A DNA stretch of 64,000 bases, from positions 73,160,001 through 73,224,000 of the forward strand of contig OX597822.1 of NCBI GenBank assembly GCA_951406725.2, in the 5' to 3' direction. Made by a program: the position numbers and the translations under genes. This stretch comes from Octopus vulgaris (lineage: Eukaryota). Below the pieces are notes generated by a model that saw nothing but the letters and a program-made list of their open reading frames with translations, did not search any database and had not been told where the DNA came from. Below are positions 27,881 to 42,932 of this stretch, one piece after another. Within the stretch, counting starts at the first letter, position 1. Every line of letters starts with the position of its first letter.

Positions 27881-28819
27881 TCGGACTATGTGAAACTAAT
27901 ATTTATGAAGTGCAGGAAAAGAACCCAGAGGGATGAAGAAATAACCATGAATCTCATCCGAATGCTTCTACCATGAACGGCTTTAATCTGGTATGCTGGG
28001 CTACAACTCAAATGACAGAAGCTATCCGCTGTATTGATAAAAAAAAACCCACATCCAACAAGCAGATCATAAATCACATTCAACACGCAAATTTATAATA
28101 GATTCCTTCCAAAAAGTAAATAGAATTCAATATATAAATCACAAATTATATTGAAAGCTACAAACCGAATAATTTGTTGCTTATTCCCAAGTCAACACTG
28201 AGAAAGAAAACAGATTGTGAAATATTTCATCTACATCTAAACTTCCTAGTTTTCAGACGCAATGTATTTAGGACTACATAAGCCAACTTGGCTTTCCTTG
28301 CTTTTAAGAGGATAGGTTTCGTTTCAGAGAAAGCTGTTGCCTATTACTAGCAGTTTAAGTGGCCACATAAAGGCCTTTTGCCGTTCTTTAAAACTGAGTG
28401 GGAAGAAAACTGCTGTAATGTAGGTGGGAATATGATTATAGATATTGCTTGTATGAAATAATTAATTCTTTCATATAAAATCTAATCAGCGATTTCTTGA
28501 TTATTTTTTCATGTGAATACTAATGAAGCTTTAACCGATTATTTATCCATTTTTTCCCCAATTTTTGCTATAATATTATGGATGTTGCCTGAGAAACGAT
28601 TTAGCAAGTAAGATTAATAAGTTCGGTCATGACACAAACATTAAAACAAACTTCGCTTGCTTGATAAATATGGTAAAATGTAATCGAAAATTTCAGATTT
28701 TCAATATCCATCTCGTTCCTAAGCTATATATAATGCATATAGGAACTATGTAAGCATGTACATGTGTGTGCATATATGTATATATGCATGTAAATGTATA
28801 TGTATATAAATGTATATGC

Positions 28820-28855
<36 letters not shown>

Positions 28856-28857
<2 letters not shown>

Positions 28858-29040
28858 GGAGAGAATTCACAAAAAGAAAACAAAAGACGAAGACAGGTGG
28901 TGTAGACAACAAACAGATGTATTAGTATAACGCTCGGGAAGTGAAAAACTCTTTAACGTTTCGAGCCTACGGTCTTCCACACAAAGGAACACAGAAAGAA
29001 ACAAGGAGAGAAAATAAAGAATGTGTAGTGGCTAGCGAGC
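28856..29040 (-). mobile_element. Short Penelope-like repeat with a degenerate hammerhead-like motif; second copy begins at ~63930
   Basis: Minus strand ctttgtgtggaagaccgtaggctcgaaacgttaaag; the block acaaaagacg...gtattagt.taacgctcggg recurs at 63942-63995. Confidence 0.5.
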
Positions 29041-29091
29041 TAAACACACACACACACACACACACACATACATCGTATTGTATATATATAC

Positions 29092-29132
<41 letters not shown>

Positions 29133-29785
29133 GAGGGAAAATGTCAACACAAGAGCAACAAGTTTTATTAGCTTAAAGATTAAAAAGAGAAAAGTGGTAA
29201 CGTTTCTGACGTTTGTACTTCATCACAAGAAAAATGTAGAAACATGAGGAAGAGTGAGAGTGGTGTGAAGAAAAAGGCTAAAAGCTATGAGTCAGGTGGG
29301 AAAACGGTTCTACTGGGGGAGTTAAGGAGAGAAAAAAGGCGGATGTTTGAGAATATGTAGAGGAATATATCCGTATTTTGGAGTAGACATCAGGTGGAAT
29401 GAAATGTGCATAGTTTTCTTTTGTGGTATGTGTATATGTGTAGAAGTGTAAAGCTAAAGAGGTATAGCAGCTGGATTACTGGGAGTGTGAGATGCTGGTG
29501 TGTTTAACACACACACACATACACACACACACACGCACATACATATACACATATATAATCGATTTCTTGGTTTTGTATTCTGTTTTTCCGGCTTCGCCAC
29601 CCATTTCAAATTGCGTCTATGGTTAGTTAACTTGAGATTCCCGAACAATAGCGTAATCGTCATATCCTCGGCCTAATGAGTAGGTAGTTGAGTACCCGCA
29701 TTGAGTAATTAATACATCAGAGGATCAGCTAGCTAGTAAAGATATGTAGCCTAGATTTTTCCTGCTCCATCTTCCACAAGTTGGA

Positions 29786-29820
<35 letters not shown>

Positions 29821-29946
29821 AAGAAATAATTACGATTCACTTGAATTGATACTTAAGTCGAAGCACCAAATCAGTCCGGTATTATCCGCACAGCGCGAAA
29901 TAAAGTGAATAAAATCAAAACATATATGTTTATATATATATATGTA

Positions 29947-30195
29947 GGGTTGGCGCATAATTAATGCGGATTTTTTTTTCAACAAACTTTATTCAACAAA
30001 AACAATAGCATTATTTAACAAAAACAACTTTAAATGACAGTCTCACCGTCTGCCAAGCAAATGTGAAGCAGTAATTGAAGTAGATGGTGAATATGCTCCG
30101 GAGTAATAATTTGAAGATGTTCTTGTTACATGTTGTTATTGTTTTTGTTGAATAAAATTTATTGAAAAAAAGTCGCAATAATTATACACCAACCC
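29947..30195 (+). mobile_element. Mariner-derived MITE
   Basis: Imperfect TIRs gggttggcgcataattaatgcg...tttattcaacaaaaacaat and its reverse complement; internal LPSKCEAVIEVDGEY* transposase C-terminal remnant. Confidence 0.75.
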
Positions 30196-30199
30196 AATA

Positions 30200-30763
30200 T
30201 ATAAAGGTTTAAGGACGGCATAAGGACTACTATGAAGTCATCTTGAATGGATCCTGAAGACAAAGAAACTCTTCCTTCGGATCGAGCTGGATGGCGAACA
30301 AAAGTGTGGAGTGGGGTGAAAGCATTTGAAGAGGCCAGATTAACGCATGTAAGACTCAAAAGAGATCTAAGTAAGAATTTTACGATCGAGAAGATGAATG
30401 ACAATGACCTTTCCGTGTGCACAGTTTGCGACAGACTATGCCTTTCTTTTGCTGGACTCAAATCTCATCTGCGAACCCATTGAAAACGAACCTCCACCAA
30501 CTATTCTGCCTATATGTCTGTGCACACCTTTGTATGTAATGTATGCCATACGATTTTCAAATCTAACGGAGGCGCCAAAAGACATTTTCAGATCCACAAA
30601 GATTAGAACTTACCAGAAGATCTTGGTGGTCCAAATCGGATGTGCAATCTGTCTGGGTGTCTTTTCAGAACATCGTCTAGTTTAAAAAGCCACATCAGAT
30701 GCCTTGATGGTGCTAAGGTGTAGGTACAGGATGTGGTCAAACTCTGCATAAGAGGTAGACAAC

Positions 30764-30770
<7 letters not shown>
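30200..30770 (+). mobile_element. RTE-type LINE 3' end with tandem C2H2 zinc fingers
   Basis: RFKDGIR...DRAGWRTKVWSGVKAFEEAR...CTVCDRLCLSFAGLKSHLRTH, then CNVCHTIFKSNGGAKRHFQIH and a frameshifted third finger CAICLG...LKSHIRC. Confidence 0.75.
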
Positions 30771-30825
<55 letters not shown>

Positions 30826-31862
30826 GTTTATATATACATTGTTTCATTGTCTGTGTGTGTGTGCGTATGTGTATATAGATATATATATATAAAATATATA
30901 CATACATATATACAAACATATATCCATATATGTTTGTAAACACATATATATATATGTACATACAGGCATATATGTGCGTGTGTATGTGTGTGCGTGTACG
31001 TGCATAAACGAATATGCAGGCATATGTCTGAATTTGTGGATGTATATGTCTATATGCGTGTAAGCATCAATATATTATAAACATTAGTTAAATCACTGTG
31101 CAAATGCATATTGTGTACCTCAAACTAAGTAATTGAACATTCTTAAATGAGTGAAATTATCTCGTATCTGTTTACGTCTCGTTCTGTAAGCATTAAAGAG
31201 TTCGTCTTCCGATAGGACGTGTCAGTGACACATCAAACCAGCAGTGGCCATTTGCCTGCTGAATACAGATTTTTCAGTAGATATCGCTTTTATGATGAGA
31301 GATAAATTGGCAAAAGTGGGAAACGAAATATACAGGAATTTCACACTTCTCCATAGTCGCCTGATATTTCTAGTAAATTTATAAAGCAAGTGAGAATATT
31401 GTTTTCATCACCATATAATGTCATAGCTTTCTTCACCATCGCTTTCGTGGAATAATTTTCTAACTATTCTTTCGCCCTAGTGAGGCGAGTGTGGCAGGTA
31501 CGAAAATATGTAAGCAAATTGTTTAAACGATTATCGCGAAATGAATAAGTCTATAAATAACAGCTTGTAATATATTAAGTTATATAAACTCATAAGCAAT
31601 GTGGGAAGAAATACGGAAGGTTACCTGCAGGACTCAAACAGCAATTTATGATAGACATAACAACCAGTTGCACTAAAGTAACTTTTGTTCCGCTTCTCTC
31701 AAATTACACATTTTCACCTTAGAAGCAAGATAGTCTATATCAGTAATACAAATATAGATAAACTGCGTGAGACTCGCAGGGTGCCTTGGGCCTTCGACTT
31801 CTTTTTATGTTAGAGGTTTTCGCGCAAAATGCAAGTTACTCTTTATAGGAAGATACACCGCT

Positions 31863-31904
<42 letters not shown>

Positions 31905-31926
31905 CATGTATATATATATATATAAT

Positions 31927-31974
<48 letters not shown>

Positions 31975-31983
31975 GCTTACGTG

Positions 31984-32033
<50 letters not shown>

Positions 32034-32034
32034 G

Positions 32035-32370
32035 ACGCATGGCCTTAGTGGTTTGAGCATCGAGCTTACGATCGTGAGGTTGTAAATTCGATTCGCGGAC
32101 CGGGCTGCATGTTGTGTTCTTGAGCAAGACACTTTATTTCACTTTGCTCCAGTTCACTCAGCTGTAGCAATGAGTTGCGACGTCAGTGGTGCCAAGCTGT
32201 ATCGGCCCCTTTGCCTTTCCCTCGGATACCATCGGTGGCGTGGAAAGGGTGAGACTGGAATGCATGGGTGACTGCTGGTCTTTCATATAAACAACCCTAG
32301 GTTGTGACTTTCCGCACAGATTTGTACACCGGCGGGGAACCGCTTAGATGCACACATGGTCATTAGATTG
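32035..32370 (+). mobile_element. SINE family C copy
   Basis: tggccttagtggttt, ttcgattc, tgttgtgttcttgagcaagacactttatttcac core. Confidence 0.7.
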
Positions 32371-32601
32371 TGGCCACGCAGAGGCACCACCTTCAATTAC
32401 TTCTTTTTTACGCCTGATACTTATTATATAGTCACTTTTACCGTACCGCTAAGTTACGAGGACGCAAACACACCAAAACCGGTTGTCAAGGGGTGGCACA
32501 AAAATGCACACAGAATGTGTATGTGTGTATGTATAGATATATATACATATACGTATATGTACATATATATATGTGTGTGTGTGCGTGTGTGTATACATAC
32601 A

Positions 32602-32652
<51 letters not shown>

Positions 32653-32820
32653 TTATATTTATATATATATATATATATACACGGTGGGGTTCAATCAATT
32701 TCCGTCTACCAAATCCACTCACAAGTCATTGGTTAGCCTGAGGCTGTAATAGAAAATTCTTACCCAAGGTGCCCGGAACAATGTGGTTGGGAAGCAAGTT
32801 TCTTTACCACACATCCACGC
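32366..32820 (-). mobile_element. SINE family A, degraded copy (further copies or fragments at ~26575-26740, 27470-27600, 33395-33560, 35240-35605, 41380-41475, 46530-46700, 53503-53640, 55425-55625, 57975-58080)
   Basis: ccgtctaccaaatccactcacaag, atgtggttgggaagcaag and ccgctaagttacg motifs. Confidence 0.7.
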
Positions 32821-32829
32821 ATGTGTGTG

Positions 32830-32904
<75 letters not shown>

Positions 32905-32959
32905 ATGTATGTATGCATATATATATACGAGTATATACATATATGTGTGTGTGTATATG

Positions 32960-32990
<31 letters not shown>

Positions 32991-34246
32991 TATTTAAAAT
33001 AATGAAGACATTACAAGAACAGGGGAGATGGAAAATGGACGTTAAGTGTAATGGGTCATGAAATATAAACAAAATATACTTATAACGTGGGATTAGTGAT
33101 TTAGTAAGAGATAGGAAAGTGAGTGAAAAGTTCACTGGAGCGGAAAGATACTTAGAGGTGACGACTTATACGAAATGTTACAAAATAATCAATTTGAAAT
33201 TATCAAATCTGGTCATTGAGGTTAATTATTGAAAGAAAATTGATTTAAGTTCGATAATTCGTTACGTTTCCTATTACTAATTAGGAATAAGATTATGTTA
33301 CTAATTAGAAATATGATTATCTTACTAATTAGGAGTTTTATGTCCATATTAGCATATTGTTCATTGTTAAACATCTTTTGTCGTTATATTTTACTCGTTT
33401 CAGTCATTGGACTTCGACCATTCTGGAGCACCGCCCCAGTGCATATGTTTCTTCGTTTTAAGTGCGGCATTTTTTCTATCATTTCTCTTTGCCGAACTGC
33501 TAAATTATGTGGACGTAAACAAGCCTATACCGGTTGTCAGGTTGTGGTAATATGACAAATAAAGACACAAATACATTCACAGACAGTCAGACAGACAGAC
33601 AGATAAGTGACTGAATACTGTTTTCATGAAGTGTATCAAAGGCAGGATTTTTTTTTTTTTTTTTTAAAGAAAATTTCAGGAAAATATCTATATTCAAGCC
33701 CGCAAATAAAAGTCCGCCCGATTTGTGGCCTAACGGTTAGGAGTGTCGCAATCGCAAGTGCCTAGTTTCGATTACCAGCACTGCTTTGTGATCTTGAGCA
33801 AAGCAGTAGACGTTTTGCATTTATATTCTGCTCGGGACCGATCTCCCTTCAGGACTCGAGACCGTAATACGCAAGAGTTGATGGTAATGAAATAACGAAA
33901 TATACACCTTTTATTTTTGCGTGCTACACAAATGACTTTTTTTTACCGTTAGACGAATATATATAAATCATAAAATTACCGACCATAGACACTACGAACT
34001 TTTGTTTGTCAGACCGACACGCTATTAATTTAAGAACTTGCAGTAATATTCTAGAATCGATGCAGTCGTAAACACGTCTCATTATATAAGCTTCTTTGTT
34101 AAACGAAATCATACTATGACACATCATAAACATCCTTCTAATGAAATATTTGCTTATAATTATTGCTTCCATTGATATCGGTGTCTATATGTTCCATTCT
34201 GCGTCGTTAATTAAATAGTGAATTAGCTAGAGCGGAATATAGTTTG

Positions 34247-34307
<61 letters not shown>

Positions 34308-36163
34308 CAAAGAGAGAGAAAAATAATTTATACATATATTATTGATTTTTAGTCTTGGTTCAAAGCACAAGTCAAACAGAAGTAAAATGGGGACTATGCG
34401 ACGTCCTTTTAAAATGCTATTAGTGACGTAAGTGAAGCAAATCGGTTATTACTTTGAATTGTATGCAGAAAACAGCTTCTACATATCTGGTCGCGTACAG
34501 AGAACGGTAGTAACTTTTGATACCGGTATTTACAATGTTATATTCTTAAAAAGAGGAAATGAAATGTTGTTATATTATATATTCATTCCTTTAACTAGGC
34601 TTGTTGTGGATGTCGTTACTGCATAATACGCTACTGGGGTTTTAATGCACCGCCGGTCATTTGGTGTATGTATGTGTGTGTGTGTGTGGAGGCGCAATGG
34701 CGCCTGTATTCTTGTAAGCTTCTTCATCTATATCTTTCCGACGGTAACTCTAACTTTTATCACATACCATATACATATATGTATGTGCGTGCATACGCGC
34801 CAGTGTGTGTGTGTGTGCATAACTATATCATCGAACTTACAGGTGCTAAAACCAAATTCAATGCTGTCACAATTAGAACAAAACACATTTAGCCTTAAGC
34901 TTCAACTACTTCTCAACAAACTTCTCTCATTGTTAGAATATTATCCTAGTGAATAACCTATAATTTCTCTTTGTCTAACAGTCTTTCTATTCCTTTCTGT
35001 ACACTTATATTAGAATTTCCTTGCTTTGTTTGCTACTTCTATTGCTTAACATCAGTTAGCAGCAACCACTCATCTTCCCGTACCTGCTTTCTGAAGTTTG
35101 GTTCAAACCCTCTACCAATTTAATTGTAATAAATTGTAATAAATTTCATAGAAAGATGCTACCAGAATGAAGAAATTCTAAGTTTAAACTTTTGTGTTGA
35201 ATTATATCTATTTATTTATGATTTTTTTCCCTAATATATGTTACTTGTTTCAATCATTGGACTGCGGCCATCCTGGGACACTGAATGTTTTGTCTTCTTT
35301 ATTTTTTTAGTCAAGCAAATCAACTCCTGTGTTATTTTATATTTTTACACCTGGCACCTACTGTATCGGTCCCTATTGTCAAATTGTCATTTTACGAGGA
35401 TGTTAACAAACCTTCACCGATTATCAAGCAAATGGGGTGACAAACAAAAACAAAAAATCAACACCTAAGTACACATATATGTGTGCGTGTGTATTTATGA
35501 CGAGCTTCCACACAGTTTCTGTCTACCAAATTCACTCACCAAGCATTAGTCGGACCCAAAACTCCGTGGTTGCAAACCGAACTTCTTAACTACACAGTCA
35601 CGCCTAAAGTTAGAGAAACGTAACCAGCCTCAAACTGAAATATCAAAGGAATACGTGTGCAAATTTCTGAATTCAAATTCCTTTCGGGGTCGATAAATTA
35701 AGCACCATTTACGTATTGGGGTCAATCTAATCGATTGGTCCCCCTCCCCCAAATTTTTGGCCTTGTACCTAGAGTAGAAAAGAATATGTGTGCAAATAAT
35801 TAATAACTAATTCTTTTTTTCTTCTTTCTAGTTTCAGAAAATGGTTTCTAAGTGAAGCAAGCATTTATTTTTCGATATACAATGGAGAAGATATTTGACA
35901 GGAACTTGACAAATTTAACAATAAATAGAGCGTTGTAGCTTGGTTGAAGAATTGTGATAAAGTGTAAATCGGTACCGTATAGACTAAACTTTCTTGACTA
36001 CGTTCTTTCTTGTAATGTGCATCTATACCTGAAATATATAAAGATTGTGAAACTTTTTTCCTTTCGGTTTCTAAGAAGCACTCTGTCTTCACTATTTTCG
36101 GTTGGCTTGTTTTGATTGAGTTTTCATATTATAGCTATTTAATTATACTGTTTCATATTTAAT

Positions 36164-36390
36164 TATACTGTTGTGTCTGGGAGAGTCATTCTCTTTTAGT
36201 GCCTTATAATTTAACACACTCACCGGTAAAATTTCCACTTATTTCCTTCTTCGTTTTTCTAAGTGGAAATTTTACCGGTGAGTGTGTTAAATTATAAGGC
36301 ACTAAAAGAGAATGACTCTCCCCAGACACAACAGTATATGCTTCAACACACGAACTCACATAAAGAATCTTGCAAACCAAATCCCCAAAA
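36164..36390. mobile_element. Fold-back (hairpin) element; related copy at 42933-43222
   Basis: ~78-bp near-perfect inverted arms (36164-36241 / 36259-36337) plus a shared one-sided extension cttcaacacacgaactca.ataaagaatcttgcaaacc. Confidence 0.8.
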
Positions 36391-36657
36391 AGAAATATTT
36401 AATTAGGTAATTTAATTAATTTAAAGATTATGGGTAAGTGAAAATATGTTTCAATGAAGGCAAAGCTATGGTTACGTTATATTTACGCCCGCGTAATAGA
36501 ATCTTGTCTTCTTTATACTATCTTTTCCATTTGTCTTTCACTCACGTATTTTGTTTCTCTTCTTTTTCTAAAAATTGATATAAAGATATACCAACTTATA
36601 CACAAATGGCATACATACAAACACGCTTGCATACACACAGAAAGACACACACATATA

Positions 36658-36736
<79 letters not shown>

Positions 36737-36789
36737 GTGTGTGTATGTATATATATATATATATATATATATTTGTGTTTGTGTATGTA

Positions 36790-38045
36790 TGTCTCTTCTG
36801 TTTTTTAATTATTATAAATTTTCCACTGAGAATGGAGACTGCTTCCAACAAAGATACAACGCTCCATTTTTGGAACATATTTAACACAGTCGAATCCACA
36901 TTTCGAACTTGAGAAAAGTCTTGCATATTTTTACTATTCCTCTCACCGATTGAACTTGTAATGTACGAATCAGCCGGTCAATTTCTCTTTCTGAAAGTCC
37001 CAGTTTATCCAAATTCTTCTTTAAGCATTTACTAAAAAAAACCTAGTGAAAGAGATATTTATATCTGCAGGGCAGGTTGAAATCCTTCCTTTCGTTCCAA
37101 ATTGTTGACCAGAATGATAGCAGATCTTCTTGCGAGGGAGCTTTCTTAATGGTAATATTTTCCTTCCTCATCTCCCTGTATAATGCTTGTGGGTTGGAAA
37201 CAAACTTGCGATTGATAATGGCACGTTCAAAAATTCGCTTGCGATGACCGAGTTTCTCGCTCGTCGTCCTGAGTTCATGTTTTAAAGTGATTAGCTTTCT
37301 CTTAAGAGGTCGATGTGAAGAGTTGCTATAAAGTTGCATTGATTTTCGTCTAAGGTAGAGTTGGCGAGGTGTAAGCTCATTTTTCTCCTTACATTTTATT
37401 GCTGTAGTTAAATATCCAATATGGCAGCGCACGTTGTTGATGTTTTCTTCAAGTTTTGTTTTCCATCTAGGTTGTTTCCGTTTAGTAATTTCATTACTTT
37501 GTTCACTCTAGATTTCTCCTATGTGTTCTTTAAGAGTAATAGCGGCTGTGTATATAAGAGTATTAATATTCCAGCAATTAACATCACATGATTCCATGTG
37601 CTCTCCAGCAACATCGTTGATAACCTTAAACATTAGCTCGATAGGATTTTTTTCTCACTCTAGTTGGGAACAGCCTGTTGCTCAATGAATGCTTCGAGAA
37701 AGTAGCAAAATCGTAAGTTTAAAATGCTTTTGAGTTGGATGTATTCCACAGTCTTCGCTACTGGATCAGTTAAATTTGGAGACACACTCGAATTTAGCGA
37801 TGGCGGGAGCGATGGTTTGTTTACATTATTTTCTACGCCGCTTCTGGTAGATTTTGACCATTCTCAGTGTTTTGGGAGGATTGAGGCCTAGTTGATTTTT
37901 TTTTTTTTTTTTTTACAAAAGATGCTTGCTGTCGGAGCTATTTCGACGGAAAGGTATTTAAGTTGGGATGAGTTTCGTCCCAGTATTGTTTTAACCGCTT
38001 CATGTATGTGATTGAAGGGTCATCTCGAGCTTTTTCATAGCACCG
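36790..38045 (-). mobile_element. R4/Dong-like LINE, pre-RT region, degraded
   Basis: YMKRLKQYWDETHP, QPRWKTKLEENIN, INRKFVSNPQALYREMR, LLSFWSTIW motifs resemble R4/Dong-clade ORFs upstream of the RT domain. Confidence 0.65.
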
Positions 38046-38054
38046 AAGTATATG

Positions 38055-38086
<32 letters not shown>

Positions 38087-40439
38087 TGTATGTATGTCTA
38101 AGTCTAGATGCACGGACAGATGAAAGAGTACTTAATATATGTAGTATATATTTAATGGTTTATGATTTATAGTACGAAACCCGTCTTCGTTACCTTCCAG
38201 CATTAAGAAAAGACGCTGTAACGTAATCTGATTAATATGTCTCTCTTTTCCTTAAAAGTTAAATTTGATATTGTTAGAAATGCCTTCATCGTAATAACTC
38301 TCACTAATCACGAGAAAATGATTTAACAGAAATATCCTAAAAGTGAGTTATAGTTGTATTACTTATACGAATAGTCAGTGACATGTAAACTAGATATAAC
38401 GAGACTAAATGAAATGCAGGTTTACAAATGTTAGTCTCATAACTAATTATACAATGTTGAAGCGATTTTTATGGGTCAGAAGTAATTCCATCCAATAAAA
38501 CCTAAATAAACCATAATACTTTAATGACACTGCTTCTTTTAATGCTATAGAAAACAGGAATGTAACTAAACTATCCTAAGAAACCTGGACTTTTGAAAGA
38601 ACACTGCAGTGTATTTGACATCTCGAAAAATATAGGCCATTTATAGATGTTAAAAATGGCTACCTATATAAATATTAGGTCAGACATATTCACCAAGTAC
38701 CACCACTTCGATATATATATATTCTGAAACACTGATTGAATGGATTAATATTTAATTATTAACCACAAGTAAGCCTAATCACGCTTCTGCTTCTTAGTTT
38801 TAACTCATTATCAGATATTCACTATCTCTAAAGTCTCAGTAATTCGTTTATACCGCAAATCACTGCCAGAAAGACAAACTCAATATCTAACAGTACACTT
38901 ATTAATTAACGTAATCATAAATTCAACTCACTGACATTTCCATATTCGTTACTCAAAAGTGGTTCACTTAAAATTCCTATAACTCAGTTATATTAAAAGC
39001 AGCTTTCATCTCAATGTTTTAAACATATCAAAAGGAAATAACTCACCCTCAGCAGTCAATTTCAATATGTAATGAGTCATATATTTTACAATATCTTCGA
39101 CTGTACTTTACTGTAACGGAAACTGATCTCCGTTCAAAGCAATAATTTTGTATGAGTTACTCGTACTCGCGTGAAGCAATTATATTTTGTTCGTTTTTAT
39201 GACTATTCAGAATTACTCGAAACTGAACCGCGAGACATGATATATAATTACTGAAGGGCTATATCATTAACTATATATAGCTACTCAGATTTTATTCTTC
39301 TAAATAGTGTAACACTCACATACATTCATTCATTTACACACATACTAACATATACACACATATATGCAGACATACACAGATACACATATTAGTATATATA
39401 CATTTATATACACATACATGTATATGTCTATTTGTGGTGGGTTGCGAATGTATATACGTTGTCTGCTCTCTTTTGTTGAACTGACAAAATACGTTTTAGC
39501 ATTTCAATTTGTCTCCTGACTTAGTCCCAAATTAAACTCACTAAGTATAATATATAAAATGTTAGGTTGAGATCATTTCAATTCGATTGATTAATATGAC
39601 GTAATGTAATGATACTTTACAAGCATCGATAAACTGAATTCTATGTTGTTTTTTCTGTAAATTTGTCAATGTCATATTTATTTCTTTAACGAAAGTCAGT
39701 TAGCTAGTCATCGTATATATTATTACTACTTAAATGTAATTTCAGAATTCCTCTTTGGACTTGTCACAGGGTATAATTTTATTGGTTATTCAATCAATAT
39801 AATCGATTTCTTTGTCAGGTCAGCCTTAATCAAGTGAATTCGATAGTCGAAAACATTCCATTTATGACCATCACTTTATTTTCCAGTATCTAGTATCATG
39901 CCTTCAAATTATATTTCTTTGTGATATAAGGGAGTTTCGGTTACTATTTCTTGTAGATAGAGTGACCAGATAGGGGATTTACAATAGATTTGTTATTGCG
40001 TTGAGTCAAAAGTTTTGTGTTATTTTGGTGACATAAGGCGATATCGCCGGGCGAAATGTTTAGCAGTATTTCGTATGTCTTTCTTTACGTTCTAAGTTCA
40101 AATTCTGCCGAGGTCAACTTTGCCTTTCATCCTTTCGGGGGTCGATAAATTAAGTACCAGTTGGGGTTGATCTAATTGACTGGCCCCCTCCGCAAAAATT
40201 TTGTTGTACCTAGAGTAGAAAAGAATATTTTTGGTGACATATTTGCTTTATTCGTCAGGTTACAACAAAGGCAACCTCGCATCCAAAGTTAGAGGCCAAC
40301 TTGTTGCATCATCTGAAGCCACCTTTCTAGCAGATTTTTAACCCCCAAGCTGATACCAGTTCATGTCCTTCGAGGCAAAGAATTATTTCGCTGAAACCTC
40401 CACCTGCTGTTGATTGATAAAGTGTCATGAGTACAGGAA

Positions 40440-40839
40440 GTTTGTTTCAGGCGCGAAGAATTGAATTCTTCACGACGACAATGCACCCTGTCACCGAGCT
40501 CTCCTCACTCGTGAGTTTCCCGCCAAAAACATGGTGTCACTTCTGCACCCACCTTGTTTGCCAGATTTAGCACCTGCTGACCTCATCTCCATCCCAAAAT
40601 GAAAATGTAGCTGAACGGTTTCAGTTTTAACACCGACAAGAGTGAATGACAGAAGGTGCTCGACTCGATTACGAAAAACGACTTCCGGGACGGATTCCAA
40701 AAGTGGCAGGAATGCTAGTACCGGTGTATTGCTGCGCAAGGGGACTATTTCGAAGAAGATAATATTAAAATTTTGGTAAATAAGTTATCTTTTTATTAAA
40801 CATAACTAGTCCGGGAGAAATTTTTGATACCACCTGGTA
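40440..40839 (+). mobile_element. Mariner transposase C-terminal relic with right TIR
   Basis: ILHDDNAPCHRA, HPPCLPDLAPAD, GDYFEED; TIR-like tttttgataccacctggta end. Confidence 0.8.
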
Positions 40840-42932
40840 GGTTCAAATGGCCGGGCTCTCGGATTATGTAGTGTTTGCTATCGCCTCGAATAGGATCGTT
40901 TTCTGTCGTAAGATTTCTCCTTTTTGCAAGTTGAAATATTTTTGCATCACCGACATTCGTCCATGTGGTGGATTCATTTGTTCGATCAACCGAGTTACTT
41001 GATCCTTAATTGACATCTAAGGGGTTGAGCCCTCAATGTTTAACCTTAACGCACTTCAAATGACTTTGTCTTTTGAATTACGGACTAAGATCCCCGTTCA
41101 CAGGCCGCTGATATTTATAGAGTGTTAAACACTTTTGGTATGCAAATTATGGATTCCTTCATGGAGTAACTACTGCCTTTGTTGAGTATATAAACAGTAT
41201 GGCTGAGTGTCAGAATTGTGTAGACGCCTCTGATGAGAAGCCAATAAGGTTCGAAAATTGATTAAAGTTGTTCATCATTTGTTTCAGCCTGCGGAGAAAT
41301 GGCTAAATTTTGCCCTGTTTTTAATTATACCATATGTGATATAATACAATCCATCCGAGTTGGGGTTTAACAATGGTTTGGCCCAGTGCAGTAGAAAGGC
41401 ACTTGCCCAAAGTGTTGAGCAGAAGGATTGAACCCGAAACCATGCGGTTGCAAAATAAGAATTTTAACCACACAGAAAGTATTATAATAATAGAAAAAAC
41501 AACAAAATGCACGACAATAAATATAAAGATGAAATTGTAATAAATTTGAAATGAAGGCAGAAATGTATGTCCAAGGGAAAAATGAGAGAATAGCATTTCA
41601 AACATTCATTGATTAATAACTGTTCCCATTCATCAAGTCATTAAAGTGAAAAATAAAGTGGATAAAAAAACTGTAACGAAACGTAAATCGGTTCGATCCT
41701 GTGCAAAGTAGAGAGGAAATTTTCTGAAGCAAAAACTGTCAAATATACTATTGGTGTATATCATTCACTTCCACTTTAATACTGCTATTCAGTTTGTGTA
41801 GTTAGTGGTGAACACAGTTTAGATTTCGATTTTATATCACACACACACACACACACAACACCAGCCTACAACTTATTTAAAAGCAAAACAAAAAAGTGAA
41901 AAACCATTTCCAAATGTTTACAGTTGGTTTCCAAAAATATTAAAAAAATATATTTTAAACTTTTCAGATTTAATCATCGCATGTTTCTAACATTATTTAT
42001 ATGTATATATACATTTTCAATAGAATTTTAATAGAATTATATCGATAATTTGTCAATGGTTCGTTATATTGATTCCTTTTGAATAGTCTGCGTTTTCTCA
42101 ATTTACTATACTTTTGTATTAAAAAAAAAAATCATGAGTTTTTTCAAAGCAGTGTGAAACAGAAAATATAGTAAAATCAACATACGGGTAGTCTTTAATA
42201 TTCGGCTTTTCATTGTACGTTCCAAAGATATGCTTAAGTTATTGATGTAAATTCATAAAATTTATTGTTTTTTATATCTAAAATTTTTATATAAAATGAA
42301 ATCAAGTGTAATTTCTTCCAAAACGTTATAAATCGATTTATCAGAATACAGTCTAACTGATTACCTAGATCAAACATTTTAAGTTTCCCCAGCCTCCTCT
42401 TTCAAACGTTTAATTTGGACTGTGAATATAAATTAGTTTAGTCTATTGTTTTAAATGTCTATGCTGAAGTTTAGAAGGGCTGAGTTGCAAGCTTCTCTCA
42501 CAACCAACTAAGAGATAGGTAGTTCATATCCTATCCACGGTGATAATTTATTATGTTCTATGAATCTGAGAATCTTCAGTAACTCTTGATTCAATCCAGT
42601 TTGGCATTACTGTATTTTAGCACTTCCAAATCAACAGTTCGTACGGTAATGTCTTTAAACGGAGAAGGTGGACACATTGAACAATGTAGCTCTAGATACA
42701 CCACAAGACAAAAGCAGGATTTTTACAGCGTGAACGTTTTTGATCATAGATCAGTTTGGTCAGAGCTGATCTTAGCACTAAAATAACAAGTTTTTTTTAC
42801 GTTTAAAAGTCCCGAAGAATACGTTACAGAATATAGTCTTAAATATCGCGATATATTATGCATGAAAGCAGAAGTGAAGTTCTAGTTGGGAAGCCGTTTA
42901 TTATAGATTTTTTCTATAATTCTATGATTGTT

